The notes beneath the pieces were generated by a model. That model did not search any database, was not told the DNA's origin, and was given only the letters and a program-made list of their open reading frames with translations. Positions 1-11,380 of a stretch of DNA of 62,585 nt are shown one piece after another. The position numbers and the translations under genes were made by a program. Each line of letters starts with the position of its first letter. The first letter of the stretch is position 1. The DNA comes from Hydrolagus affinis. Taxonomy: Eukaryota. The stretch lies in NCBI GenBank assembly GCA_012026655.1, contig JAAILG010001725.1:1-62585 (forward strand). The letters are read 5' to 3'.

Positions 1-192
1 GCTCAGTCCTTGAACATTTTCAAGGCTGAGACTGATAGATGTTTAAAATATAGAGGGATTAGGGGATATGGGGATAGGGCAGGTAATTAGAGTTAGGTCA
101 GAAGATCAGCCATGATTTTATCAAATGGCGGGGCAGGCTCGAGAGGCCGAATTAGCTACTCCTGCTCCTATTTCTTATGTTCTTATTTTCTT
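1..192 (+). mobile_element. CR1-clade LINE 3' end (5' part outside window)
   Basis: Typical chondrichthyan CR1 3' UTR (gatcagccatgat...aatggcggggcaggctcgagaggccgaattagctactcctgctcct) ending in the tandem tail ttcttatg-ttcttatt-ttctta. Confidence 0.8.
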
Positions 193-864
193 AAACCTCA
201 CTTGTGACCTTGTAAATGTCTGATAACATGTTTGCCTGCACAACACATAATTTATACCTCGCACTTTACAGGGTATCCTTGGAAGTGCTTTATGATGTCC
301 TCCCAACACGAAAGGTGCTATATTAAATGCAAGGATTTATGATGATTATAGTTGCTATTCAATCCCTGGCTCAACTGAGTGAGCGGATCAAACGGTGTCA
401 ATGAAATGTTAGTACCTCAACCACAACCATCTGTCTTCACACGTGATTCCGTATGTTCACGCTCTTTCTTCCCAAACCTACCAAAATAAACATTGCATAA
501 CTATCACTCCTCCAGACACCCCCATTGATATCTCGGCCTAAAAGGGATAGCTCAGTTTGATCACCATTGGTTTTTACACCAGCGCATCCGGATGCCTCTG
601 AGATTATGCACCTTGTTTATTGTAGCCCAGTAAATTGGCAATGTGAAATCTAATCCAGGTTTTCACATGTTGTGAGGAATTGAATTCAGCTCATGAATCT
701 CGGGCAAAGATCAAGCCCCGGCATGTCTCTGCCGTCCTGGCAACGCAAGCTCTCAGTACTGTTGCCTGGAGACGCTCAAGTTGTCATGGTGACCGTCCCC
801 TGGTGATGAATGACGTGCCATTCAGTGAGCGAAGCAGCCGTCAGTCATGCAATGTTATCCCCCT

Positions 865-1030
865 GGGGGCTTCCCTGCGATGGTTCAGTGAGTTTGTGCA
901 GTGAGTAGCTGAGCTATATAGATCAGGAGGGTTTCACAGTCCTAGGGTCAGTTAGCTGATCTCTGTTGGGCAGCAAAATGACCCTCCAAGACACTGTTAA
1001 TGATACCGTAGCTCATCAGCAGGACTTGGA
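865..1030 (+). mobile_element. Degenerate ancient tRNA-derived SINE-like fragment, family unassigned
   Basis: ggttcagtgag...ctgagctatatagatcaggagggtttc...gttagctgatctctg resembles old shark SINE heads. A related piece lies on the minus strand near 38020-38090. Confidence 0.35.
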
Positions 1031-1501
1031 GAAGTAGAGTGGTCACTGAGGCTGGGATTCTTCTCTCTTGGTGCCTGTATCATCCTGTAAACCAAAGCTC
1101 TAACTGTAGATGGTCCCAACTGAACAAGCAGCAGAAAGCTAGTTAGTGGTTACAGAAACAAACCTCTCAACTAAACTCCAGTCGTACCTTGACACACAAC
1201 CTGGAGTCCCCAAGCCTTGGTTCTTGTCAACCTGCATCTAAACTGTGTGGGATTCAGTGAGCAGGGTGAGAGCCACTCCAGACCTCCGTGTTTGCCTTAC
1301 TCGGTGACATGTTGAAGCCTCACATCAAAATTCAGAACTCATATCATCTAAGCCCATACTCTAAATACAGTGTGGAAAACCATCACCATGCTTAAGAGTA
1401 TCCAAACCAAGCTGAGATTTCCATGCATCTTACCTAAACAATGGAAATCTCAGAGATAGATTGTTAGAGGGATGGAGCCTTCTTAGCTAAGTCTGTAAAG
1501 T

Positions 1502-1900
1502 ATAACAATAACAACTTGCATTTATTTAGCCCTTCACACCAGTAGCGTCCCAGAGTGCTTAAGAGTGTCAGAATCTGACCCCGAGCCAGGGGGAAGGTGA
1601 CCATAAGCACAATCAAAAAGGAAGGTCTTTAGGTGGGATTTGAAAGTTCGGAGGGCGGTGGAGGGATTGGGGGAGAGAGTTCCAGAGCTTCGGGGCATAG
1701 TGACTGAAAACATGGCTGCCGATGGTGAAGCAGAGGGGGGAGGGACGATAAGGAGGCCAGAGCCAGCCAAGTGGAAGCAGTGATGGAATGGCGGGGAGGG
1801 TGTGAGCAAGTTGGAAAGGTAGGGTGGTGCGAGGACATGAAGGGATCTGTTTGGAAATTGGTAGCCAGTGCAACCTGACAAGGATTGGTTTGATGGGAGT
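1502..1900 (-). mobile_element. L2-clade LINE 3' fragment
   Basis: Minus-strand translations give the L2 C-terminal motifs LHWLPI, FSHYAPKLWNSLP and FKSHLKTFLF with frameshifts. The tail ...aaatgcaagttgttattg is at 1502-1525. Confidence 0.85.
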
Positions 1901-2106
1901 CCATAGTTTTGTGCAGAGCATTAGGTGCAGGTTGGTAAGAACCAAGCCTTGGCAACCCCTCGTCTGCAAAGATTATCGTTATTATAATTGCTGTTCAATC
2001 TCTGATTCAAGTGGGCTAGTAGGAAAGTATTTTATTAAGCAGTCGACATCAGGCCTAATCTCTGCTCCATCAAAGCTCTTTAGACAGGGCCTGTCTGTAA
2101 TAAAGA

Positions 2107-2448
2107 TAATAATAATAATCCTTGCATTTGATATAGCGCTTTCCACATCTTATCAACGTCCCAAAGCGCTTCCCAGAATATACTGTAAAGTGAACTGACT
2201 GTATATATTTTGTGGGCGAATCGTGGCAGCCAATTGCGCACAGCAGTGTCCCACAAACAGCCGTGGATTGAAATGACCAATTTTATTATTGTGGTTGTTT
2301 TTGGAGGGATTATTATTAGGCGTGCGGAGTAAGGAAACTTGCCCAAGGTTTTGCCCTGACCTGCCTGGATTCGAACACAGGTCTCCCCAGCTTGGTTTCC
2401 CCAGCTTGCAAGACAAGTGCTCTAACCACTGAGCCACAGGAGCTCCAA
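2107..2448 (-). mobile_element. Full-length tRNA(Ala-like)-headed Deu-type SINE with L2-derived tail
   Basis: Minus strand shows A box (TGGCTCAGTGGTTAGAGC), B box (GTTCGAATCC), body CTGTTTGTGGGACACTGCTGTGCGCAATTGGCTGCC and tail AAAGCGCTATATCAAATGCAAGG(ATT)n. Near-identical copies occur at 17838, 28901 and 45862. Confidence 0.9.
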
Positions 2449-3385
2449 CCACTGAGCCACAGGAGCACAAGATAAATGTTATTGACTATGTTGGACTATA
2501 AACACTGCCAAAGACTGATTGGGCAAATGACCTGTTTCTGAGCTGCACCTCCCGTGGATCTAGTTACACGGAAAGTTCTGCACAAATGCTTGCTAATTTC
2601 CAGACTGACCTTATTTTCTCTCTCACTCTGATTCACAGAGAGTGCTTACTTTCTCTCTCTCAATATCTACTCTACCCCTCTCTTGTGTCTTGCACCGTCC
2701 TGACTGTTCTATTTTTAAAAGTAGCTTCCAAATTAAGATTGATTTGTAGGATTTTCTGCAACATGGCGTCACAGGCTAAGACTAGATGCAATTTCAGGTC
2801 TTAAATGTTTACACTGTGATTGCACTCAGTCTGGGAATTGGAGTTATTGGGTTCAAATCCAGTGGAGACAGACAGAAACTCTCCAGTCTTAGATATAGAT
2901 AGAAAATAAAACAAGAAAAGGCCATTTAATTTATCAAAGGCCACTCCTTCCTCACATCATGACACACCATGGCTGCCCAATTAGAGGATTCACCGCACCC
3001 ACTAACTCAGTAATACTCAATTAATATCTTATGTTAATAAGTCTTCCATCCCTTTGGCTCCACTATTGAAACTGGAGGACCTTCACTCCCAATCCCTGGA
3101 GCCTGTAAAAATGTTCCATAGAGTATTTGTATGATGCATTGAATAACCGATCATATATTCGTCATCCCGTTTTGAAAGACTACCTTTTACCAATAAAAGG
3201 TAATTTTGTTGTGTTGTTATTGTATAATCGTCCCAATTAAATTCCCAAGTAGATGCGTATCCAGCTATTTTTGGAAGGCCCTACCACAGTGTCAACCAAC
3301 CCTAACAAGTGTCTTGTGTGAAATTAGTTTTAGACTGAGAGGAGAGAGTGAACGGCTGAACACTTCGACATTCCAGCACTAAATT

Positions 3386-3740
3386 GTGGAGATCTGTAGT
3401 GTTGTGGTTAGATCACATGCCTCGCAAGCAAGAGAACCCGAGTTCAATTCCTGGGCATGGCAAAATCTTAGGCATGTTTCCTTACTCCACATGACTGTTT
3501 ACCTAGTAGTAAGAAGGAATCTGTTTGTTAGTCGTTTGGCAGATCGCTTTCTGGGGGTAATAATCCCTCCAAAGAAAATGTGATTACTCAATCCACCAAT
3601 GTTTGTGGGGCTCTACTGTGCTCAATTTGGATATCATGTTTTACCCACAAAATACACAAAGCATTTACTTTACAATATATTCTGTGAAGAGCTTTGAGAC
3701 GTCTCAATAATTCGCTAAATCAAATGCAAGGATTATTATT
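3386..3740 (+). mobile_element. Older diverged copy of the same SINE family
   Basis: tRNA-like head (gtggttagatcac...gagttcaattcc), gtttccttactccac, the Deu-like body and the caaatgcaaggattattatt tail. Confidence 0.8.
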
Positions 3741-4384
3741 AAATGAGTGTGGCCACTGTGTGAGATGATGGGGAAACAAGGGTCACACTGATCCAGAGGG
3801 GCTGTGGTACACTGTAGGGGCGGAGTGGAGGAAGTTTTATGTTACGTTACGGTTAATGTTACAGTTAGATTACGCTCTGACCTAACCCGAGAGCATGGCA
3901 TATTTACAAACCAGATTCCATCAGGGCAGAGGGGCTCGATCCACATTGTAAAAACTTAGCAGAAAAGATCAACTATCTTTATTGATCAGTGTACATCACA
4001 TCTTATCTCTCCCTCATCACTGCTCCATAGTCATTTGGCTTCTCTGTAGTGACTAGTCACCATGAAATGGAACATCTGGATGTACTTAGAATCTTGATGA
4101 GGCGAAGGAGCCAGATTTTTTTGGTTGATTAAAAAGCACAAGGTAAGGGAAGTTTAAGATGCAGCATTTATTGATGGGATTAAGTCTCTTATCAACTGAG
4201 CGAATAGCGTATAGAGCCTTCTCCCACTCTCCCCACCCCCCCAACCCCAAAAAAGCCTGAAAGGCCACCCACTCTTTTGGATCATTTTGTCTGAAAAGTT
4301 AAAATTGCTCAGAGTTGTGAAAAATTCTTACTTTCAGGCTTAACTCGTTACAAAATACACAGTCACTCCATTTTACAGTGAAAA

Positions 4385-4450
4385 ATTCTGTGAAGCCCTT
4401 TGAGATGTCTCAACGACATTCTGTGAAGCCCTTTGAGATGTCTCAACGAC
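4385..4450 (+). repeat. Perfect 33-bp tandem duplication inside a SINE tail
   Basis: attctgtgaagccctttgagatgtctcaacgac occurs at 4385-4417 and 4418-4450. Confidence 0.9.
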
Positions 4451-4679
4451 ATGATAAGGTGCGATTTCAAATGCAATCATTATTTATTACTATTATTAGC
4501 GGCCGGGATGGGGAAGTGGGGCCGCTTCCATAATTCTATTCCATAACAGGACAAAGGATACAAATTCCAGTTGGGGAAATGGATAGAGTTCAAATAAACA
4601 ACTGCTCTTATTGCAGAGTATTGTGTGGTGGGAAATTCTGGGTTTCTGGTCTGGGATTATGTTTCACTCTGTTATTACC

Positions 4680-4945
4680 AGGTGGGTCTTAGCCTCTCTG
4701 CCCCCACTCTCTGGAACTCCATTCCACAGTCCCTCTGCCTTGCCCCCTACCTTGCCTCCTTCCCGTTTCAAGACACTCCTCTTCGACATTGCCTTTGGTC
4801 ACCTTCCTATCCCTACCCTCCCCGCTTTCCACCTTCCTGATCTCAACCACGAGATCCGGTGTGGATCCCTGACTGTCCAGCGGCTTGGGAGATGCTCCTG
4901 ATGAAAAAGGTGCTATACCAATGCAATTTGTTGTTGCTGTTGTTG
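4680..4945 (+). mobile_element. L2 LINE 3' fragment abutting the GALNT16 exon 3 acceptor
   Basis: SAPTLWNSIP and KTLLFDIAFG motifs, then the tail aaaggtgctataccaatgcaatttgttgttgctgttgttg. Confidence 0.75.
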
Positions 4946-4951
4946 TTTCAG

Positions 4952-5050
4952 ATGTGCTTCTGTCCAATACAATAAGGACCTTCTATCAACCAGCATCATC
5001 ATCACATTCCACAACGAGGCTCGCTCCACGTTACTCCGCACAGTGAAGAG
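4952..5050 (+). CDS. GALNT16: Polypeptide N-acetylgalactosaminyltransferase 16, coding exon (~exon 3), 99 nt
   Basis: ttcag|A TGT GCT...GTG AAG AG|gtgagt encodes [32 protein letters not shown], the start of the GT-A fold. Paralog assigned by sequence and by synteny with ERH and SLC39A9. Confidence 0.93.
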
Positions 5051-7658
5051 GTGAGTTCCGTCCCCTCCCCCCACGATTCCGAATGACTGACACATGTATC
5101 CGTTGTGTCAGCATCGGAAACCCTAATGCTGTGTTGAGTGTATCATCCAGAACCCTGTAGTCTGCATTTTCTCCCACACAAACGCATTACTCTGTTCCTC
5201 GCCAGCTCCCTATTCTCCAGCAAATTGAATTTCATCTCCTTATTTTTACATATACGAATGTACTCCCTCCTCTCAAACTCTGGCCTACTTTGTACACTCC
5301 TCACACTCTGCCCCAGCACCAGTTGTCGAGCTATCGGCAACTTTCAATTCACTGCAATTTAATTTACCTACTCTCTGCGCATCCCCTTTAATATTATTTT
5401 TCATCTTGCATTTACCCAATTCCCTTTAAAAATGCTAATATGACCTTGGCTTCAGCAGCCACTTGCGGTGTGGCTTTCCACATGCTAACCTCTAATATTC
5501 TTCCCCAACTAATCCTATTCCCTTTTAAATGCTGTTATTAGACTCTCAACTTTCACAGCCATTTGTGGTAAGCCATTTGTACAATAATAACTCCTGGTGT
5601 TGAAAGAAATCCTCTAAAGCCCTGCTTCTTTTTTTGGGGGGTTCAGTTGGGTATCTGACATATGCGGAAACCCATCACCGTGCTTAAGAGTATCCAACAC
5701 AAGCTGAGAACTCCATGCATCCCACCTACACATGGAAATCCCAGAGATATACTGTACTGTTGGAATGCAATGCACACTGTCTCTCCGGAGGGATGTATCC
5801 TGCTTTACTCAATTTCAGAAAGTATTAAGCTCAGGTTGACAACCAAGGCTTGGGGACCCCAGAGTGTGCGTTGGGGGAAACAGCTGAAGTCTAACCAACT
5901 AAAACTACATGGTTTGCCAATTACTGTATATTCCCGGTAGTTTCTTTCCTCTGCTGATAATCCTTTATTGATTCCCTCTTGAACCAATTAATTAACCCAG
6001 TTCTAACCACTACGTTTGCAGAGATGGCGTCTTTCAAATTGTTGCGTCCTCCATTTGCCAATAAATAGACGTTTGCTGAAAGTCCCTATAAATAGTGCGT
6101 AAAAAAACTCTTATACACGACTTCTCCTTCCCCCAAGTGTCCCGCCCCCCGGTCAGAGCCACATGTTCCGAACAATTTCTAAACATATTAAAACATGAGA
6201 GAGCAGGAAATGACTGTAACATGCCAATTACAGAATCAGCTCTGGCACAAGGCTGTAAACTCTTGCTTAGCACTCCATAATATTGTGTGAGACCTTTATC
6301 CAAATCTTCCATTAACCTTTCAAAGAGTTCTGTTATTAAGAGAAGGTTGCGATTAGCCATGGGAGCTAATGATTACCAGTTTTCTAAGTGTTAGATCAAA
6401 GTTGTCTGGTCAGAGCAGATGCCCATTCACCACAAGTCCCTGTACTCAGCACAACATTACATTTAAAATAAAATCACATTAACCATAGAGAGAAATATGT
6501 GCACGTTCGAGGTGAGGGTTATTAGTACTTAGAACGGAACACTTTCCCACATAATTGTATCCTGGATAAACACGTCCTGAAGTATCTGCACGGCAGATAG
6601 TTTGCTTATCACCAGCAAAATCTGCCCACATCTTCTGCTACATAAAATCTTTTTTTTTGTAATTGCTGTCAAGTATAGTGACTGTTTCTGTGATACAAAC
6701 GCGACAGCCCTTTTGTGCATAGTAAGGCAACGAAACAGCCACACGAAGCGCTTTGTGACAATACCCCAACGCGATTGGCGCTATATAAATTTCAATGTAT
6801 TGTACGAAGTTAAATAATTACAATTCGCCTGTCAACCTAGAAGTGTCAACCTAGACTATGATCTCAAAGCCCCATTACTGCCCATCTGCCCGATGCTCAA
6901 ATTATTTTTTATTGAAAATGTCAAAATGTGAAGAACTTCAGAGACAAGCATTTCCAGACATCCTAGTTGCTCAAAGACATCAGTCATCCCCAGTGTTAGG
7001 TTTCTGTCGCAATCCCTTGGTCTCCAGAACAACTGAGTTGTTATAAAACAGCTGCACCTCTTCCAAATAAACCCGAGCTAATTTCGGAAACTTGTTCCAT
7101 GGGAACAACATGAGGAGGAATCGGGTAGCAATGCGATCCAAGTAGGTCAATGCATTATGCCAACGGAGCACCTGGTCATCACATTCGTTAGAAGAAGTGA
7201 GTCATTTGGTTGGATGGAGTCTGTGGTAAAGTCAAAGAAATAGGTTATCAGAAAAGTTTCAGAGAGTGGGGCAATGTGGCTAAAGGTCACCCACAGATGG
7301 TGGGGTGGAGCGTGTGTGTGTGGGCGGCGTGGTGGGGTATGAGACAGAGGAAAGTGGTCAGAACCTGGATAAAAGATTTGAAGGAGAGTTGAAAGTAAAA
7401 AAAAACGCAGCGGTTCTGCCTGCAAGTTGAAAATAGGCAACAGGGAGGTCAATGTGGTTAGTGACTGTCGTTGGTGGCCTATTTGGAGGTGGGAGGAACC
7501 ATGGAAAAAAGTGGAAGCTCGAATGAAGGTTAATTGCAGGCCACTGTAACATCTGCTTTTAGCAGGTGAGAATGAAAGGATTTATGTTTCTATAATCTGC
7601 TGGGAATGGCCTGACAAATTATCGCATCTAAACTCCTTCTGTCTCATTTTTCTTTTAG

Positions 7659-7726
7659 CATTCTCAACCGCAGTCCTCCAAGTTTAGTCCAGGAAATCAT
7701 CCTAGTTGATGACTTCAGCACTGACC
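7659..7726 (+). CDS. GALNT16: GALNT16 exon 4, 68 nt
   Basis: tttag|C ATT CTC...GAC C|gtgagt encodes ILNRSPPSLVQEIILVDDFSTD. Confidence 0.93.
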
Positions 7727-7979
7727 GTGAGTTAATTTGTCCAGCATCCTCCCTCCCCATAATGTTACAAACTAGCCCCCTCACTTATTAAGGGGCCCCA
7801 GTCATTATGGGACCTTTAGTACTCTGGGACACTACGTGCTTGAAGCACACAATATAAATGCAAGTTGTTGTTGTTGCAAAATGTAGAGCTACCATCGTGG
7901 GAAATAACACCAGCGACTAGATGGATTAGGAGAGAGAGGATGAGATAGATCGATATGTAGTGGTTATGTGAGAATCGAC

Positions 7980-8352
7980 TTCAAGATCCTCACTCTTGTG
8001 TTTAAATCGCTCCACTTCTCGGCATCCTCCTACCTCTCTAATGTATCTCCTCATAGCAGTACCTGCTGCCTCCGCTCTACTTGGTCTGGCCTACTGCTTG
8101 TCCCCTAAATCCTCTGCTCCATCATTGGAGGCTGGGCTTTCAGCCACTACCCACTGAAACTTTGGAACTCCCACCCCCAACTCCTTTGCCTCGCCTCCTC
8201 CTTTCCCATCTTCAGGTCGCGCCTGAAGACCTTTCTCTTCAATCGCACTTATGGTCATCTTCCCCCTGGCTCAGCCTCAGGCTACGACATTGTGAAGCGC
8301 TCTGAGATGCTGCCCAGCATGGAGGTTGCCACATAAATGCTAGTTGTTGTTG
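7980..8352 (+). mobile_element. L2 LINE 3' fragment
   Basis: ttcaagatcctcactcttgtgtttaaatcgctccac (FKILTLVFKSLH), tggaactcc and ctgaagacctttctcttc, then the tail ataaatgctagttgttgttg. Confidence 0.8.
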
Positions 8353-8785
8353 TAGGTGGCACAAGTTATGTAATTTATCAATAACAAAATAACAATAATA
8401 ATCATCCTTGCATTTAATATAGTGCCTTTCACTACAGATGCCTCAAAGCACTTTGCAGCATATACTGCAAAGTAGATTGATTGTGTATTTAATGGGCAAA
8501 ACGAGGTAGCCAGTTTGCACACAGTGGTGCCCACAAACAGCCAATGTGTGATTGAACAATTTTATTTGGGGGATTGTTGGCCAAGTTGATCAGAGATTAA
8601 ATGTAACAGGGAGACAGTAGGCAAGTGGTATTGCAGCATTGTTATAGGAGGGATCTAGCACATCCGTGACTTGCTCGGCAGAGCTTTCTCTGACTGAAAT
8701 GTGACCCATTCACTTTGTTGTGAGACGAGTGAGAAGTGGTGCAAGTGGGAGGACAGTAACCTGCTGCCATTTATTTCTCTTTCAG

Positions 8786-8851
8786 CGGAGGACTGTCAAC
8801 TTTTGACCAAGATTCCCAAAATAAAGTGTTTAAGAAACACGAGAAGGGAAG
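8786..8851 (+). CDS. GALNT16: GALNT16 exon 5, 66 nt
   Basis: ttcag|CG GAG GAC...GAA G|gtaggt encodes EDCQLLTKIPKIKCLRNTRRE. Confidence 0.93.
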
Positions 8852-10704
8852 GTAGGTTGGGCTTCCTCAAAGCTCTCGTTTCCCTTTTTCTCTTTCAGGT
8901 CAGAAGTTGTAAAATGATGTTGATACCCATCTGTTACTAATTACAATAAATCCTATTCGGTCCCTTTCACATCTGAAAACCCTTTACTGGAGATGAGGAG
9001 AAATCGAGGAAGGTGGGAATAGATGGAGTAGGAGGGAAGTGAAGAGGTTGGTTTTGAGAAGGGTTTTGCAAGGAGTGCGGCGGAGGAAATTTTTTGAGCG
9101 AGATCCAGAGAGAGGGCATTGAGACTGAAAAATCTCCGACTCATCCTCTCCTTCACCATTTTCAAAGCCCACCTCAAGACTTGCCTCTTTACGTCATCTT
9201 CACCCACCCCCTCCCTCTCAACTCCACATGAGTGCTTTAGTTGTCCAGAGAGCTGTGTGAAGTGTTTTGAGATGTCCTCCTGACTTGAAAGGCAAATATA
9301 TATATATACATATATGTTTTGCATTACACTCCTCTTCCTAGGAGTTTACAACAAACAGCTGCAGATTACAGGGTCTAAGTCCCAGTATTCATATCCAGTG
9401 GGTTTTAGACACCTAACCTAGTTCAGGCTGATATATTCGGTCATTCCTGATCAAGTGTCGCAACCCAAATCTACAGATCTCTGATTTGTGATGCCTGCCC
9501 CATACCTTGGTTTGTGGAGAAGAATTCTGGACATAGTGCGGTTCAGAAATAAAGCAAACACGGCAGGCACAGTATTTTTCATAAATAAGTAACTAAGTAG
9601 AAATCCCAGAGGAGTCCATTGTTCTTGACACAGATGATGTTGAATGAATTGAACATGAAATGGGATAGTAGAACACAGACACCTTGTGTCAGATCTGCTC
9701 TAAGCAGTGAGCATACAAGAATAACACAGCTAATAGCCAACAGATATAGTACACATAATAACCGAGGAGGGGGTGAAGTCACAGTCACTTTATTTGTAGT
9801 TGAAGCAGATTAGTGGGCCAGACACTCCCGATTTTGAATTTAGAGACCTTTTTCCAGAGCATACAGAAGTTTGGAGAATTCTTAAATCCACTCTTAAATT
9901 TGAAGCCATTTTTCAGCATGCAAGGACTAATTTTATTATGGGCCTTGGTACGCTCTCCCGACGCTTTCGCGCTATACAGATGTAATTTTGTTGTTGTTGT
10001 TGTTTTAAGAGGTACAGAAAAAATGGCTCCCAAATGAAAACCAAGTTTGAGAATTTTGTGACATTCAGAACGTTCTGAAATGTTCAGCAGATCATCTGTA
10101 CAAGATGTCCACAAAGTCCTATTGCCCCTTGTTATAAAACAGCGATATCAGACTATGGAGGAGCTGAAACAAGCTACCAGAGATGCATTGCACCTTGTCA
10201 CTCCAACCATGTTACGGAAGTTGTCGCAGTGAGCATGAGGATGAGGACAGATCATTATCAAATGATGGCGCTCACTCACTGAAACGATCCTCTGGATGTT
10301 TAAATACAGTGAAACACTTGAGTTGAATACAATGAAGTACAGTACTTCTAAATACAATTATCATAATTCTTCCACATTTTCACTTGTTGGTCTGTAGAAA
10401 AAAAAACATGGGGGGTAAACAGGATTTTGTGGACACCCTTTAGGTGCCCATATTGCTCCAGTGTGTCATTGCCTTTGGCATCTTACCTCAATCAAGAAGG
10501 TATCTGGGGTTCCATTGCAACGCTTCTGCTACGAGGATGTCGGAACCTGAGAAACCTGTCCCAGTCGTGTTGATTGCACATTCACCTTCGGATCTCTTCA
10601 CACTCCTTTGGGTCCAGCGCATTGTTTGGGAGGCTCACATTATCAAGTCGCTGTGGCGGTGGGTGGGTTCGCTGTTAAAACAAGTAATACTTTTCTGTTA
10701 ACAG

Positions 10705-10826
10705 GGCTGATTCGTTCCCGTGTTAAAGGGGCGGATGCTGCCACGGCGGAAGTCCTGACGTTTCTGGACAGTCACTGTGAGGTAAACAAGGACTGGCTGC
10801 AACCATTGCTACAAAGGGTTCATGAG
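10705..10826 (+). CDS. GALNT16: GALNT16 exon 6, 122 nt (DxH Mn-binding motif)
   Basis: acag|GG CTG ATT...CAT GAG|gtgagg encodes [40 protein letters not shown]. Confidence 0.95.
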
Positions 10827-10939
10827 GTGAGGCTCCATACATTGTACTACTTAACAGCACAGCTCGGACTGGGTCGGGCCACACAGGGGGGGGTTACACA
10901 TTTGTTTTAAAGTCTAGTTCAATATTCCTGTTCGAGTAC

Positions 10940-11215
10940 ATAATAATTCTTGCATTTGATATAGCACCTTAACATGTCATTGAGGCAACTCAAAGTGTTA
11001 TATATGATATATCGAAAGTGGACTCACTGTTTTGCGGACAAAAGGCGGTAACAAATTGTGCATAGCAGTGTCCCACAAACAATCGTGGATTAAGTGACCA
11101 CATTTTTTGGGGGGGAGTGAATTATTATCCCTGAATTATTATCCGCCAGTCGACTGGGTTCCTATTTACTGCTGGGTAGACAGAGGTCTGTGGAGTAAGG
11201 AAACTTATCTAAGGT
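10940..11215 (-). mobile_element. Deu-type SINE, 5'-truncated
   Basis: The tail aataattcttgcatttgatatagc, the body cagtgtcccacaaacaatcgtggatt and gtggagtaaggaaactt. Confidence 0.8.
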
Positions 11216-11292
11216 TTCATGTGTTTCATATTCTCTGGGTGCACACTGAAACTGACTTGAGTGTCTATTTTTCTTACCACTCAATCCTCTAG

Positions 11293-11380
11293 GATTACAC
11301 CCGGGTGGTCAGCCCTATCATAGATGTCATCAGCCTGGACAACTTTGCCTATCTGGCTGCATCGGCTGATCTCAGAGGAG
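11293..11380 (+). CDS. GALNT16: GALNT16 exon 7, 88 nt
   Basis: ctag|GAT TAC ACC...GGA G|gtatgt encodes [29 protein letters not shown]. Confidence 0.95.

Noticed and set aside
2080-2470. Recurrent similar ORFs (2080, 14823, 26167, 28891, 45894 and others) suggesting a gene family
   Set aside because: They are translations of non-coding SINE copies.
1-4951. Search for GALNT16 exons 1-2
   Set aside because: I found no transmembrane or AFNQ-type coding segment, so these exons are presumed to lie upstream of the window.
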